NCBI RefSeq assembly: GCF_009914755.1
Contig: NC_060931.1
Direction: 5' to 3' (one strand)
DNA length: 64,000 nt
Source: the human T2T-CHM13v2.0 reference genome, Homo sapiens
This document shows positions 47,081 to 61,002 of the stretch, in pieces (position 1 is the stretch's first letter; the number at the start of each line of letters is the position of its first letter). A program made the position numbers and the translations under genes. The notes under the pieces are model-generated. The model had not been told where the DNA came from. It was given only the letters and a program-made list of their open reading frames with translations, and searched no databases.

Positions 47081-47507
47081 CTTTCTTTTTCCCTATAGCT
47101 TATTGGGGTACAGGTGGTGTTTGTTTCCATGAGTAAGTTCTTTAGTGGTGATTTGTGAGATTGTGGTGCACCCATCAACTGAGCAGTATACACTGCACCC
47201 TATTTGTAGTCTTTTATCCCTTGCCCCCCTCAACCTTCCCCCCAAGTCCTCAAAGTCCATTGTACCACTCTTATGCCTTTGTGTCCTCATAGCTTAGCTC
47301 CCACATATCAGTGAGAACATACAATGTTTGGTTTTCCATTCCTGAGTTACTTCACTTGGAATAACGGTCTCCAATTTCACCCAGGTCGATGCGAATGCTG
47401 TTAATTTATTCCTTTTCATGACTGAGTAGTATTCCATCATATATATACCACAGTTTCTTTATCCACCCATTGATTGATGGACGTTTGGGTTGGTTCCACA
47501 ATTTTGC
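47081..47507 (-). mobile_element. L1PB1-like 3' end
   Basis: GAGTAAGTTCTTTAGTGGTGATTTGTGAGA; perfect 13-bp TSD AAGTAATTGCCTT (47068-47080 / 47508-47520). Confidence 0.92.
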
Positions 47508-48269
47508 AAGTAATTGCCTTATCTTGAGATCATTTGAGGCCTTTAATTCTCTCTATAGGACTGTAGTTAGTTTGACATGGGATGGGTCAATAAAAGCTCT
47601 AAAAAAATTAGTATTTAGGCTTTATTGCCATTTTACATAATGTATTAAATTCATCCATTTAAAAAATCATTCTGAGAACAAGTTGTGGCATGTTTATTAT
47701 GTAAAGTTGTAAAAAATGTAATGTCACAAACGGACTGAGAGTGCAGCAGACAGAAAAGCCTTTTCTTTCTCAGTCGTTTCTTTGGTTTAACACATAAAAT
47801 AACTCATTTGGCTATTCCTATCTAGAGCTCAGAATTCAAAAAAGTTTATCTGCCTAAATGGCAATAAGAAACTTTTACGATGAACACTAGTCAGAGAGAA
47901 AATAAGTGTTATCATAACAGCATTGAGAAGATATGTTTGCTTAGTTGTTCTCATTTTTTTCTTCTGGTGTTATGATTTAAAGTCTTAAATTCAGGTAAAA
48001 AGAAGTAAGCCTTCTTAATATGGAGTTTGAAAATGGCTCAGTTTTGTGCTCACAGAAAGGACAATGAATCTTCTTATGGGACATACATATGTATTAAATG
48101 AATTTTAATATTTTTTCTTTCCATATTGAATAAAATTGATAGTGGAAATGGATTAAACTTAAGGTCCCAAATTTTGGCAAAGGAGGATGGTGACATTTAC
48201 ATGGTGCAAAGTTAACTACTGAATGAAACATTAAACACAGCTTAATGTATACAAGTTAAAGGTGGTTAA

Positions 48270-48590
48270 TACAAATCATCAATGGCCAAACCATTGAAAA
48301 TGACTTCAACAAACCATTTTTGGTAAAGCAATTCCATGTAAATGACTTTACATTTTAATACATTACATTTTGCCCTCACAGTCAATAGAATTTCTTTGAG
48401 TATTATGTATTCAAGTCCAATTATCTGCATGGAGTCCAGATGGCTATCCAGAGAACACAAAAGACATTGGGCCAACTTCAATGATCCATCATGGATCAAC
48501 TTAGGCTTCTCTTGTCTACCATCCAGTCTTAAATAGATATTCTCTCAGTTATTGATGGCAACTACCCCAAAAGGTTTTGGTCCAGTACTT
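48270..48590 (-). mobile_element. Possible CR1/L3 LINE ORF2 relic
   Basis: Minus-strand translation AKCNVLKCKVIYM resembles the CR1 RT C-terminal motif KFNxxKCKVxH; otherwise very decayed. Confidence 0.3.
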
Positions 48591-49899
48591 CAATAAACGT
48601 GAACAAAACACATCTATCTACCTATCATCTATCTAATCACCTAATTTTTTTATTTTATTTTTTTTTGGTAATGAGTCATGAAGTTTTCATCCTGCATTTA
48701 CATCCATTATAACTATTGGGAGTGATTTTGCTATGATTTGCTTTCCTCAGCTGTCATGGAGGCAGGACAAGGTGGAGTTGGCAATTATGCTCAAAATACT
48801 AGGGGATAGGATGAAATTATGGCAGTGAGTGTGGACTTTAGCATGCTTGCTCTACTTTCTTTCAACATGGGGATTATTTTTAGATATTAAGCGCCCTTTT
48901 GCATGATGTTAACTTGTTCATTTAGGAGAAAAAGTATCAGGAAACTCCAGGGGTGGAATTAATCTTGATGAATCAGCGCTACTTATGAGAAGTAGTGAAG
49001 CTAAAAACCAGCAAAAAAATAGTTTAGCAAAATGACTTTTGAAATGATTAAAATTAATTATTATAGCCTCTGGCAAGAGTTTAGCTTGAAACCAAGGAGG
49101 CTTTCATGTTCTGTCCTTCAGTTCAATTCAGCTTACCAAGTATTTAAATCCAAATTCCCCATTCGATCCTACCTTTCCTTCTCTAGTACTGTCCTATTTT
49201 TCCTAGGTTAGCTGCCTGATGCTACCTGGGGACCATTCTCTCCCTGTTCAGCACCGCATGATGTTCTCTAAAAGTCTAAGAACCATTTCAGTGCTACTGC
49301 ATGTGCTAACCCGTCTTACTTTGGTTGATCTCCAGTTGCTTACACTGATTTTCTTGGTCATGAACTGAATCTCGGGAAAGGTAACTCACAGCCAGGAAAG
49401 AGGGCAGGGTGGTGCCATGACAAGCCCTTGGAAGAATTATTTTAGGACAGGTAAGCCAACCTCTTTGCCAATGAGTAATGCCTGCTATATTTAGAGTTAA
49501 GTAACACACATCCTTGCTCAGAAATACTTTCTGAGAGCTCCAGTAAAGGGCTTTTAAATAAAATTCCTGAGAAACTTTTACTTTCATTTAAATAAGCCTT
49601 TATAAGAGCAGAAGTATTAAGGTTCATGTAAGAACAATACTGCTGCTTCTCGTTGAGAATCTATGACAGACAACGCCTATGCTACCTCTTATTTCCATGC
49701 TATTTTCTAATTCTAGGCAACTTTGCAAATCACTGTATTTTCTCCTAAAACACGCCTATATTTACCAATTATGTTAGTGATTAAAGTCTTAGAGGATAGA
49801 GTTTTTGAGGGCAGGACAGACTTACCATTGTAGATGTTGGACCAAGGTGTTCTAAAAGGTAATGGTATTTCTAGGTATATACTGGACTAGTTAATAATA

Positions 49900-50035
49900 G
49901 AGTCATCAAACTATAGAACTGGAAGGGAACTGATACATTTAGCTTCCTTATTTTCCAGATACAAAAAATAAGCCCAAGATTTGACCAAGTAACAGAGTAA
50001 AGCAAAATGTCAAACTTAGGCTTGTTGACTTGCAG
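49900..50035 (-). mobile_element. MIR/MIR3 fragment
   Basis: TAGAACTGGAAGGGAAC...CCTTATTTTCCAGAT...TTGACCAAGTAACAG. Confidence 0.5.
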
Positions 50036-50570
50036 CCCAAGCAAAATGGAAATGGAATGGTAGGTTCTGGGTTTCCCTTTTTCCTCCACATTTTGTGCTG
50101 ACTCATACACCCACATTTTCTTAGAGAAACCTGTTCCCCCCTCTAGGCTAAGGAGAAGGTGCATGGTGATTGGGAGGGCTGTAAAATTAAGCTCATGGTT
50201 TTTCCCTAAGAAGATTTGGGGGAATCTACAGTGGTTGCATGTGAGAAGAGGATTGTTCAGTATAGCAAAATCTAGTGTTCATGGCTTAGATTCCTTTTTA
50301 AAAAATACAGTACTAGGGAAAACCTTAGCCATAATTAATTTCACAAGAGGTTTTTTTTTTTTTTTCCTGTTGCCTTTTTTGTTTTGTTTTAAGGCTAATA
50401 CTGGTTTCACTTAGTATCTCCTATCACTCTAGTAACTAGCCTTTTGTTATAAGGCTAATTCTGGAGTCTTTACAAATCTAATATTTCTCTTAAGAAATTA
50501 GGAAATACTGTTATAGTAGAAACATTCTCTTAAATACTCAAGTAGAAAACAATATTTTATTAATTTGGAA

Positions 50571-50694
50571 AAATGTACACTACTCATGTGACGGGTACAG
50601 CAAAATCCTAGACTTCATCACTATACAATTCATCCGTGAAAACAAAAGCCATATGTACCCCTAAAGCTATTGAAATAACAGCATAAAAAAGAAA
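50571..50694 (+). mobile_element. L1MA1/2-like 3' terminus
   Basis: GACTTCATCACTATACAATTCATCC...GTACCCCTAAAGCTATTGAAATA. Confidence 0.85.
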
Positions 50695-50729
50695 GTATTT
50701 GTGCCTAATTACATATGGAATATATCAAC

Positions 50730-52600
50730 ATAGGATCATTTAATCATTGCAAATGAAGCTAAAATTCACTGTGACCACATCCATAATCACTTCTCAGAAA
50801 CGACAGCTATTATCAGTTTGGTGAGAATTCTTCCAGCACTTTTTGTAGGGTATATACATGCATATTTATATCTGTAAAATACATCAATTTTTTTCTTTGC
50901 TTATGTTTTACAATTAAGTTGTAGCACACCGTACATAGTTTTAGGCAGTTTGCTTTTTTCTTTTTTCTTCCAACATATTTCTTAGAGTTTTGTTGTTGTT
51001 GTTGTTGGTAATATAGTAGATATACCATGGTTTATTTAGCAATTCCTCTATTTATGAACACTTAGGTTATTTCCAACTCTTAACCATTATTAATATTGTT
51101 GCAGTTTACATCCCTATACAGGCCTCTTTGTTTTTATGTGCCAGTGTTACTCTGGGTATATACAGGAAGTTGTCAAGTCATAAACTGAGCACACTTTCTT
51201 AGTTTTACAGATACTAAAGATTTTTCCTCCTAGGTGGCTGTATCACAGAGTACATGTGTAAGAATGTCAGTTTTCCCTCATTCTGGGCCATTCTTAGTAT
51301 TTAAAAAAATTTGTGTTAACAAATTTGTATTGCTTCTGATATAAACAAAATATTTTTACTATCTTACTATTATGCATAAAGTTTACTTCAGGTTTTAATA
51401 GAATAGGATATTCCCTATCACTTTTGGTTTGCTGAGACCTTTTTTATTTGAACGAATAGACTTTGAAACTGACTGAATTGTTTTTTTCTGCATCAACTTT
51501 GATGGTAAAAATAAATTCTCCTTTAAATTTTTAATGTAACACATTATGGCAATAAATTTTCTTATGTGAAATCCTCTTTGCATTTCTTGAACAAACTATA
51601 AAGAGTCATAATATATTAATTTGCTATATATTGATATATTCAGTTTTATATACATTTTATTCAAGATTTTTGAATCTGTGTTCATAACATTCTTTATTTT
51701 ATTTTACTTTACTTTAAGTTCTGGGGTACATGTGCTGAACGTGCAGGTTTGTTACATAGGTATACATGTGCCATGGTGGTTTGCTGTACTCATCAACCCA
51801 TCATCTAGGTTTTAAGCCCTGCCTGGATTAGGTATTTGTCCTAATGCTCTCCCTCCCCTTGTCCCCCACCCCCTGACAGGCTTCAGTGTGTGATGTCCCC
51901 CTCCCTATGTCAATGTATTCTCACTGTTCAACTCCCACTTATGAGTGAGAACATGCGATGTTTGGTTTTCCATAACATTCTTTTCTTGTGTACTGATTAT
52001 TCCTTGTCTGATTTTTATTTCAGTGTTAGGAAAGACTTCTGCAATGAAATATTGGGTAGCCTTTTCTTTTTATTCTGTAATTTAAAACAATTCCATAATA
52101 AAGGATTAATTTGTTTCTTGTAAATTTGGTGAAATTTGAGTAAAACTATGTGGGCATGGTGCTTATAAATCAATATTGCCTACTGAGTCAACTTCCGAAA
52201 TAGCATAAGACCAATCTGTTTTTCTATTTTTTAAATCAATTTTGTTAATTTAATATTTTCTTAACTAAATTTTAATTTTATCTTATTTCCTTGGCATGAG
52301 GTTGTTTATAGCATTCTCGTATGATTTTATGGTGTTACTGCTTTCTCTGTATCTTCAAATGTTATATTTAATATATTTGTGTCCTGTCTGCTAACCTTGT
52401 CAGATCTGCCTATTTTGTTCTTCTTTTGAAAATAACAAAATTTATTTTTGTATATTCTTTTTACTGTTTTTGTTTCTTTTTATGTTTTAATAACTTTTCC
52501 AAAATCTATTAGTTGCATTTTATTAGGCACACATTTTCCACTCTCTCAGTTTGTTGTCTTTCTCATAGTGTTGGCTTTCCCTGCATGATTGGAAATTATT
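50730..52600 (-). mobile_element. Old L1M fragments (antisense)
   Basis: TGAACACTTAGGTTATTTCCAA, TTTCTGCATCAA, CCTCTTTGCATTTCTTGAA; boundaries approximate. Confidence 0.55.
51696..51970 (-). mobile_element. L1PA7/8-like 3' end
   Basis: TTTAAGTTCTGGGGTACATGTG..GTGCAGGTTTGTTACATAGG; perfect 13-bp TSD CATAACATTCTTT. Confidence 0.93.
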
Positions 52601-55600
52601 GGTTGGGGAGTTATCTTCTTCCCTATGATTCACTGTTAGACTGTCTAGTTGTCCCAGCACTATGTAGAGCAGGTACAATTTCCAAGTAGAGGTTGAGACT
52701 GAAAACCTGATCTACAATACATAAATTATTACTATTTGTTTTGCAATGCCACCATGGTGACATTTACTTATGTAAATTAGGGAGGTGTGACTCCATTGTA
52801 ACTTTCTTGCTGTGACATGAAAATTAAATTTACAGAACAGAGACCACTGGTGGTGGAGAGAGTGGGATGGGACAGGGGAAGAGGGAATGGTAGTTTGTGA
52901 GAGCCTATAGACTGTTTCTTATAGTCTGTCTGTATCCAAGGCTGATGTGGTCTGTTGCATAAGGAATTACCAAATGTCATTTAGAGGTGAGACTTGAGAC
53001 TAAGGTGGCTAAACGATCAGGGCAGTAACAATTAAGGAGAAAAAATTTAATTTAAGGAATGATAATAACTGGTGTTAATTTATGGAGTAAACTCTCAGGC
53101 AGTCCTGTATGAATGTAAATTGATAAAATCTTTAGGGACAATTTGGTGATTATGTATCAAATCCTTAAATATGTGAAAAGGTCAGGCAATTTTTTTTAAG
53201 GAAATAACCAGATAAGTGCTCAAAGACGAGTGTCTGAAAATGCTTACGAAAGCTTTAGAACATTAATACAATTTTACTAAATAAAACATTCAATGGCTTA
53301 TTTTGGTGTATAAATATGTCATTAAATGTTCCACCTTTGTAAATTCACAATTTTGAATTACCATATTACACACTCTGAAAAGCCTTGAAATTAAGACGTT
53401 TTCACAATTCTTTTAACTTTTTTTGGTGCAGATCACTTGCCTTCTTCCCTCCCCATAATTTGGAACTCCTTGAAAGAATTTTCAGAAGTTTGAAAACAGA
53501 GTGTCAAATAATTAGTTTTAGATTCATTCAGTAAAACAATAATCAGTAATTAAGACATATTAACATAGAAAGTATTAGTAATATATTATTAACTACATAT
53601 ATTATGTGTTGTATATTACATATGTATACATATAATATAGTATAAAGCATATGTAGAATGATATCATTTTATAAACTATATCTCCAAGTGACAAATTCAT
53701 AAGAACAATCTGGAAGGATATATATTAAAAGGTTAATATGGTAAAGGAATTATGGGTGATTTTATTTTCTTTATTTTTACATTTATAATCTTAATATGTC
53801 AGTTGTCCAATGTGCCTGGGCAAACTAATGCAAAATATTAGTTTGTAGTCAGAAGATAACATTTTCACTGAAAGAACTGGAAGTATTGGAAGTATTTTCT
53901 TCATGGGCCCCAAATTTCATTATAATGAGAATTTTAAAATATTTTGAATGACAGTAGCATTACTGAAATAAGTGTATAACATATTAAAGTAGATATACTA
54001 TACTTAAGATAGACTATACTCATGTATATGTAAAATGTTGATTTAAAAAAATCTAAACAAGCGCTATATTAATGTTTTGCTCCAAGCATACTTGAATTAC
54101 TAACTAATCCCACATTCAAAACTAATGGCAAAAAGAAATTTACAGTATTCAAAAATATACATTACTTTACTTTGGCTGTGGATGAAAAGAAAAAAAAATT
54201 CTTCATGCTTAAATAGGTTAAATTGTTCCATTAAAGCAATTAAAATGCCATCATTAGCATTAGTTGTTTCTTTGCGTAGTTGACAAGCCTGGGTGAATTT
54301 GGTTTTGTTCAAAGTGCACAGCCACTAGCTCTGAGTGCAATGGAGTATTTTGCAGGCTTCCGCACAATCTTATTCTTTGATTCTATCTTTCTGTTCCATA
54401 TCCTTCTCTTCCTTTTGTATTCCACAAAGATTATTCCACAAAGGAGTCCTTTGAAGTCAAAGGCAAAATAAGAATTTGGTATACTTTATTTCTCCACATC
54501 TGAGTTTTGTTTTCAAGACCTTTTTTCTCTGTCTAGATGAGTTTTGCTAGCAACTGAATGTTTTTTCAAGGCTCAGGTAGATATGTACTCCAGCAAATGG
54601 CTATAGGAAAGTAAACTGAAGATGATTCCTAAGCGATTTTCTGTAATGGAAGAATAAAGGGAGGGACAGTCATACATATGGTATTTTCATACACATATGG
54701 TATAGTTTTCAAATACGTTTTCTGTAAAAGTAACAGAGGAAAGTTACTCAAATTATCATAAACATGTTTGCTGAAAAAAACTTATAGGCCAAGAGAAGGA
54801 AATATCCCTAAGGCCATTGACTTTTCGGTAAGATTTTCTTTTGTGCTAAAAATAGAAACTCCTCTTTTTCTTAGCAGATATGAGGCTTAGTAAACTCTTT
54901 TACCTTTGTTGAGCACTTATCATTTTGTCTTTCTTCCCAGGTAATTTCATTTTAGTCTATAGAAAGTCATCAAGTGCCTATTAAAAACTATTTTATTATT
55001 TGTCTATGTGTAAAATATAGAAGGTTGAGAAATCCTTAATTTTAATATGAAAGACTGTCTGAAATTAATACACATGACAAATAAAGATATATTGGTTATA
55101 ATTAAGTGAATTGAAATCCCACTTATTTTGTTCTAAGGGTTCTTTTTTTTTCCATATTTTCCTTCTCTCCCTACATTAGGATAAAAAATGCTTTCTTTCA
55201 ACATTTCTTTGAACATTTTCATTCATGTCCTTAAAGACATTCCTAATGTCTGGTCTAGGTGTATTGCTCTCCCGAACTCTTTGGCCTATTTGAACACTGT
55301 GTGTTGGAACAAAAATGCCATTTTGTGTGAGTTTTTTTTTTTTTAAACGATGATGCAGATGGTTTGAGTCGGCAAACACCCATCCATCAAACACCCGAGA
55401 TTTTCACAAATTGTGTCAAAGCATCCAGCATTGATTTAATCCCCGAACAATTGTTCATTTGCCCCAAGCAGAGTATAGAATAAAAGTATTTATGCAAAAT
55501 ATACAAAACTTGGTATTTGAAATATTTTTTATTTTGCCAAGTATAAGACGGAAAAATTCTCCAGGGGATACACAGTAACTTTCTGGAGACTTGTAAGGTT

Positions 55601-55874
55601 TCCTTTTGAGTAAGTTTAGATCATTTGTCGTAGTGACACCATTCCTACATAAGAATTCACAGGTAGCTTATATACTCAAACTATACACAATACTCAAAAA
55701 ATCAAAGGATTCTACATGAGTAAGTTATCAATCGGTACATTCATTACATCATATTAATGTTACATAAATGTTGTTATTGTTGAATATTTATAACTTTCCT
55801 GGTTATTTTCTAGAGAATAATTATAAGTAGTTCGTGATTAGCTGTTGTCTATTAGAGGCTACCTTCAAAGTTTA

Positions 55875-56519
55875 TGTAAACTAAAAATAAAATTTAAAGC
55901 GCCCCCCTGCAATTATCTGAATGGACCTTTCCTCTCAGCCAGAGTTAACTCCAAAGTTATCCTGAAAAACTGGTTCAGGCCCTGGTTGGGAGTGGGGGTC
56001 TGAACATGCCTCATTATGCCCTCTTCCCTTTTGGAATTCAGAAAAAGCCAGCCAGCATTGAACATCAACACAGACCTTAAATCTGATAAGAAACTTTCAT
56101 AATCTCTTCTCTCTGAAGCCTGCTACCTGGAGGTTTCATCTGCATGATAAAACTGTGGTTTCCACAGCTCCTTATTGTAACTCAAACATTCCATTCTATT
56201 GATAATAACTCTTTCAACCAATTGCCAATCAGAAAAATTTAAATCCCTGGAAGTCCCAGTCACCGCCAACTTCCTGCCGCCCTGCCCCACTTCCAATTGT
56301 CCTGCTTTTCTAGACCAAAACAATATATATCTTAAATGTATTTGATTGATGTCTCATGTCTCCCTAAAGTGTATAAAACTAGGCTGTGCCCTGACCACCT
56401 TGGGCACATGTTCTCAGGGTCTCCTGATGAGGCCTGTGTCATGGGCCATTGGTCACTCATAGTTGGCTCGGAATAAATCTCTTCAAATATTTTACAGAGT
56501 TTGACTTTCTTCAATGATA
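55875..56519 (+). mobile_element. MER4-family solo LTR (ERV1)
   Basis: TGTAAACTAAAAATAAAATT start; TATAAAA box; AATAAATCTCTTCAAATATTTTACAGAGTTTGAC end. Confidence 0.9.
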
Positions 56520-57706
56520 GTTAACAAAGTCTTGGGTAGATCTAACTGTGGCTCTCTAATAAACAAATTCTTACATCCTAAGATTTTTTTTTCTTTGTAC
56601 TTCATAACAGCTTTGTCCTAGATCCAAGGATGATTTTAACGTAAATGTAACAGACAGAATATTTCTAATGGTATTTGCATGTAGTGTTTAAATGACCCTA
56701 TATTGATTAATTCAATGAATAAATAAGTAGACATAAAAGGCAATAGCTAGGGAAGTTAAAAAAAAAAAAACTAGTTCAAAAAAAATCCCTCTAATATATA
56801 AGAAATAATTCCAAGGAAATTTGCCTTCAACTAGATTATTTAAAATGCACATAAATTTTGCATTTTTATTACAAAGGTATTCCTAAAGTTTAATCCCCAA
56901 ATTCAGAAAGCAGCATCCAAGTTCACATTCAATAAAACCTCCAGAGCAGAAGATTAAAAGCACTAATAGAGGACACTTTCACTACAGGGCTAGTACAATC
57001 ACAAGATAGACTTCAGGACCCAAAGAGCCAGTGGCAGATGTCATGTTAATATTTGACCATCATCAAAGCCCGCATTGTTGTTCTCTCATCTTGGTATTCA
57101 CATGGCTACATCAGTAGCACGATGTGTTTTTGAGTGCTTTTTTTTTCAGCAACATCTGTGGTGAAGGAAAATGCTATGTCTCCAAATTTGTCTTTGGGAT
57201 ATTGTTGCAGTATTAAATGCAGCAGGGTGTTGTTTTATAATATCAGGAAATGCACTAAGACCTTTTAAAAGAAAAATTAGCATGCCTCAATCAAGGGATG
57301 TGACTCCTTCTGTGAAAGTGTTTTATGCTATGTTTTTCTTTCAGTGATGTTATATCTCAGAAGTATTTCCATATTTAAAATATTTTCATGTATCTTTTCT
57401 CACTTAAAATATACATGAGAAATAGGTCACATTTTAAAATATGGCAGAAATGCAAAGCCTGTATTTCAAAGCTGAATGAAAGAGTAGAAAAAATATGCAT
57501 TTATTTTGGTGCCAATATTAAAAATATGGCTATTCATATGCATGAACATTAGCTTTCTTTACATGGTCTTTACATCGAGTAGTTTCCAAAAATACTAGGT
57601 GCAAAGAAGGCTAAAAATTGAAATTATGAGTTATCTAATTACTGAAGGCAAAAGCCTTACAGTCGTACTTAAAATGGTTCTGAATTAATATAAACAAAAT
57701 TTCTTG

Positions 57707-60565
57707 ATGAAGGTAATGTTACTAGTGACCTTGCAGAAATGAAAACAATAATCAGAAACTACTATGAAAACGTCTATGCACACAAATTAAAATACCTAGA
57801 AGAGATGGATAAAATCTTAGACACATACACCATTCCAGGACTAAGCCAGGAAGAAATTGATTCCCTGAACAGATCAATAACGAGTTCCAAAACTGAATCA
57901 GTAATAAATAACCTAACAATCAAAAAAAACCTGGGACCTGATGGATTCACAGCTGAATTCCACCAGATGTACAAAGAGGCACTGGTACGATTCCTACAAA
58001 AACTAGTCAAAAAATTGAGGAGGGACTCCTCCCCAAGTCATTCTATGAGATCAGCATCATCAAAACCTGCCAGAAACAAAATTTTAAAAAAGGAGATTTC
58101 AGGCCAATTCCTTAATGAACATCGAAGCAAAAATCCTCAACAAAATATGGAAAACCAAACCCAGCAGTACCTCAAAAAGCTAATCCGTCATGATCAAGTA
58201 TGCTTCATCCCTGGGATGCAAGGTCAGTTCAACATATGAACATCAATAAATGTGATTCATCACATAAACAGAACTAAAGACAAAAACCACATGACTATCT
58301 CAATAGATGCAGAAAAGGTTTTTGACAAAATTCAACACCCTTCATGTTAAAAATTCTCAGTAAACTAGGTATTGAAGGAACATACCTCAAAATAATGAGC
58401 CATCTATGACAAATCCACAGCCTATATTATACAGAATGGGCAAAAGCTGAAAGCATTCTTCTTGAAAACGTACACAAGACAAGGATGCTCCCTCTCACCA
58501 ACTTCTATTCAACAAAGTATTGGAAGTCCTAGCCAGAGCAATCAGGTAAAATAAAAAATTAAAGGGCATTCAAATAGTAAGAGAGGAAGTCAAATGATCT
58601 CTGCCTGCAGATGACATAATTCTATATCTGGAATACCCCATAGTGTCGGCCCAAAAGCTCCTCCAGCTGATAAATAACTTCAGCCAAGTTGCAGGATACA
58701 CAATCAATTTACAAAAATTACTAGCATTCCTGTACACTACCAACAGCCAAACCAAGAGCCATATCAGAAAGGCAATCTCATTCACGGTTGCCACAAAAAG
58801 AATAAAATACCTAGGAATACAGCTAACTATGGAAATGAAATATTTCTGCAATGAGAGTTACAAAACGTTGCTCAAAAAGAAATCAGAGAAGTCACAAACA
58901 AATGGAAAAACATCTCATGCTCATGGACAGGAAGAATCAATATCATTAAAAGAGGTATACTGCCCAAAGCAACTTACAGAATCAATGCTATTCTTATCAA
59001 ACTACCAATGACATTCTTCACAGAACTAGAAAAAAAAACTATACTAATATTTATATGGAACTAAAAAAGAGCCTGAATAGCCAAGGCCATCTTAAACAAA
59101 AAGAGCAAAAAGGCATCACATTACCTGACTTCTAACTATACTACAAGTCTACAGTAACTAAAACAGCATGGTACTGGTACAAAAACAGGCACGTGGACTG
59201 ATGGAACAGAATAGAGAGCCCAGAAATAAGGCTACATATCTACAACCATCTGATCTTTGACAAAACTGACAAAAACAATCAATAGGGAAAAGATTCTGTA
59301 TTCAATAAATGGTGCTGGGTTAACTGGCTAGCCATGTGCAGCAGATTGAAGCTGGACCCCTACCTTACTCCATACACAAAAATTGACTGAAGACGGACTA
59401 AAGATTTAAATATAAAACCCCAAATTATAAAAATTCTGGGAGACTACCTAGGCAATACCATCCTGGACATAGGAACGGGCAAAGATTTCATGACAATGAC
59501 CCCAAGAGCAATTGCAACAAAAGCAAAAATTGACAAATGTTATCTAATTAAACAAGAGCTTCTGCACAGCAAAAGAAACTATCAACAGAGTAAGCAAACA
59601 ACCTACAGAATGGGAGTAAATATTTGCAAACTATGCATCTGACATAGGTCTAATATCCAGCATCTATAAGGAACTTAAATTTACAAGAGTAAAACAAACA
59701 AACAAACAAAAAAACTCAATTAAAAAGTGAGCAAATAACATGAACAGAAATTTCTCAAAAGAAGACATACATGTGGCAAACAAACATGAAAAAAAGCTCA
59801 TTTTTCTCAATGATCATTGATCATTAGAGAAATGCAAATCAAAACTACAATGAGATACTATCTCACACCAGTCAGAATGGATGGCTACTATTAAAAAGTC
59901 AAAAACTAGCAGATGCTGATGAGGTTGCAGAGAAAAGGGGACACTTATGCACTGTTGTTGGCAGTGTGAATTAGTTTAACCATCTTGGAAAGCAATATGG
60001 TGATTCCTCAAAGAGCTAAAAGCAGAACTTCCATTCAACCCAGCAATCCCATTACTGGGTATATACCCAGAGGAATATAAATTATTCTGCCATAAAGGCA
60101 CATGCACGTGAATGTTCATTGCAGCACTATTCTCAATAGTAAAGACATGGAATCAACCTCAATGCCCATCAATGACAGATTAGATGAAGAAAATGTACAT
60201 ATACACCATGGAATACTATGCAGCCAAAAAAAAAGAACAGATCATGTATTCTGTGGGAACGTGGATGGAGCTGGAGGCTATTATCCTTAGCAAACTAACA
60301 CAGGAACAGAAAACCAAATGCCTAATGTTCTCACTTATAAGTAGGAGCTAAATGATAAGAACTTACGAACACAAAGAAGGAAACAGCAGACATTGAGTCT
60401 ACTAGAGGAGGGAGGGTGGAGGGAGGGAGAGGAGCAGAAAAGATAACTATTGGGATAACTATTAATACTTGTGTGATAAAATAATATGTACAACAAACCC
60501 CAATAACACGAGTTTACTTAAGTAACAAATCTTCACATGTACCCCCAAATCTAAAATAAAAAAAT
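57707..60565 (+). mobile_element. 5'-truncated L1 (L1PA14/L1PREC2-like): decayed ORF2 plus 3' UTR
   Basis: ORF 57739-58239 (YYENVYAHKL..LEEMDKILDTY..GPDGFTAEF) is L1 ORF2-like; RT ADD motif (LPADDII) near 58601; 3' UTR GATAAGAACTTACGAACACAAAGAAGG; frameshifted. Confidence 0.95.
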
Positions 60566-60956
60566 AACTACAAAGTTTCTTAATTGTAGAAAAAGTTCAA
60601 CCACAATCTCTGGAAATATTCTCTTTCCTTTTCAAGGTAGCTATTATCTCAAACTTACTTTGTTTCCTTCTATACCTTTTTAGTCTCTGTGTGGTGCTTA
60701 TTTATGAAATCTCAAAAGCTCTGCAAAAGAGGTCAGCTTGTGATAATTTTTCATTAGGTTAGGTTACTTGTATTTAAATTTTACCTGAAAAGTAGTCTTC
60801 TCTGAAACAATAAAGTAAATCTGTTTCAGCATATTAGGCCTTTGACGTAAAAAACTATTTTCTTCAGAAGAAAGAAAAGCCTGATAATTGCAATCACAAC
60901 AATTTTCTTCTTCCTTAAACAAAACAAAAAAATAGAATGACATTCTATAAATTGTA

Positions 60957-61002
60957 TTGGTTGGTGCAAAAGTAATTGCAGCTTTTGCCATTAAAAGTAA
61001 TG
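60957..61002. mobile_element. MADE1 (Hsmar1-derived MITE), one arm only
   Basis: GGTTGGTGCAAAAGTAATTGCAGCTTTTGCCATTAAAAGTAATG. Confidence 0.85.

Noticed and set aside
49820-49870. Minus-strand donor ATG|GTAAGT with a 26-nt micro-exon
   Set aside because: Weak acceptor; isolated consensus donors occur by chance at this scale
57739-59011. Longest ORFs (166 aa and 122 aa) as a protein-coding gene
   Set aside because: They are frameshifted fragments of L1 ORF2 in a 5'-truncated element with no promoter or ORF1
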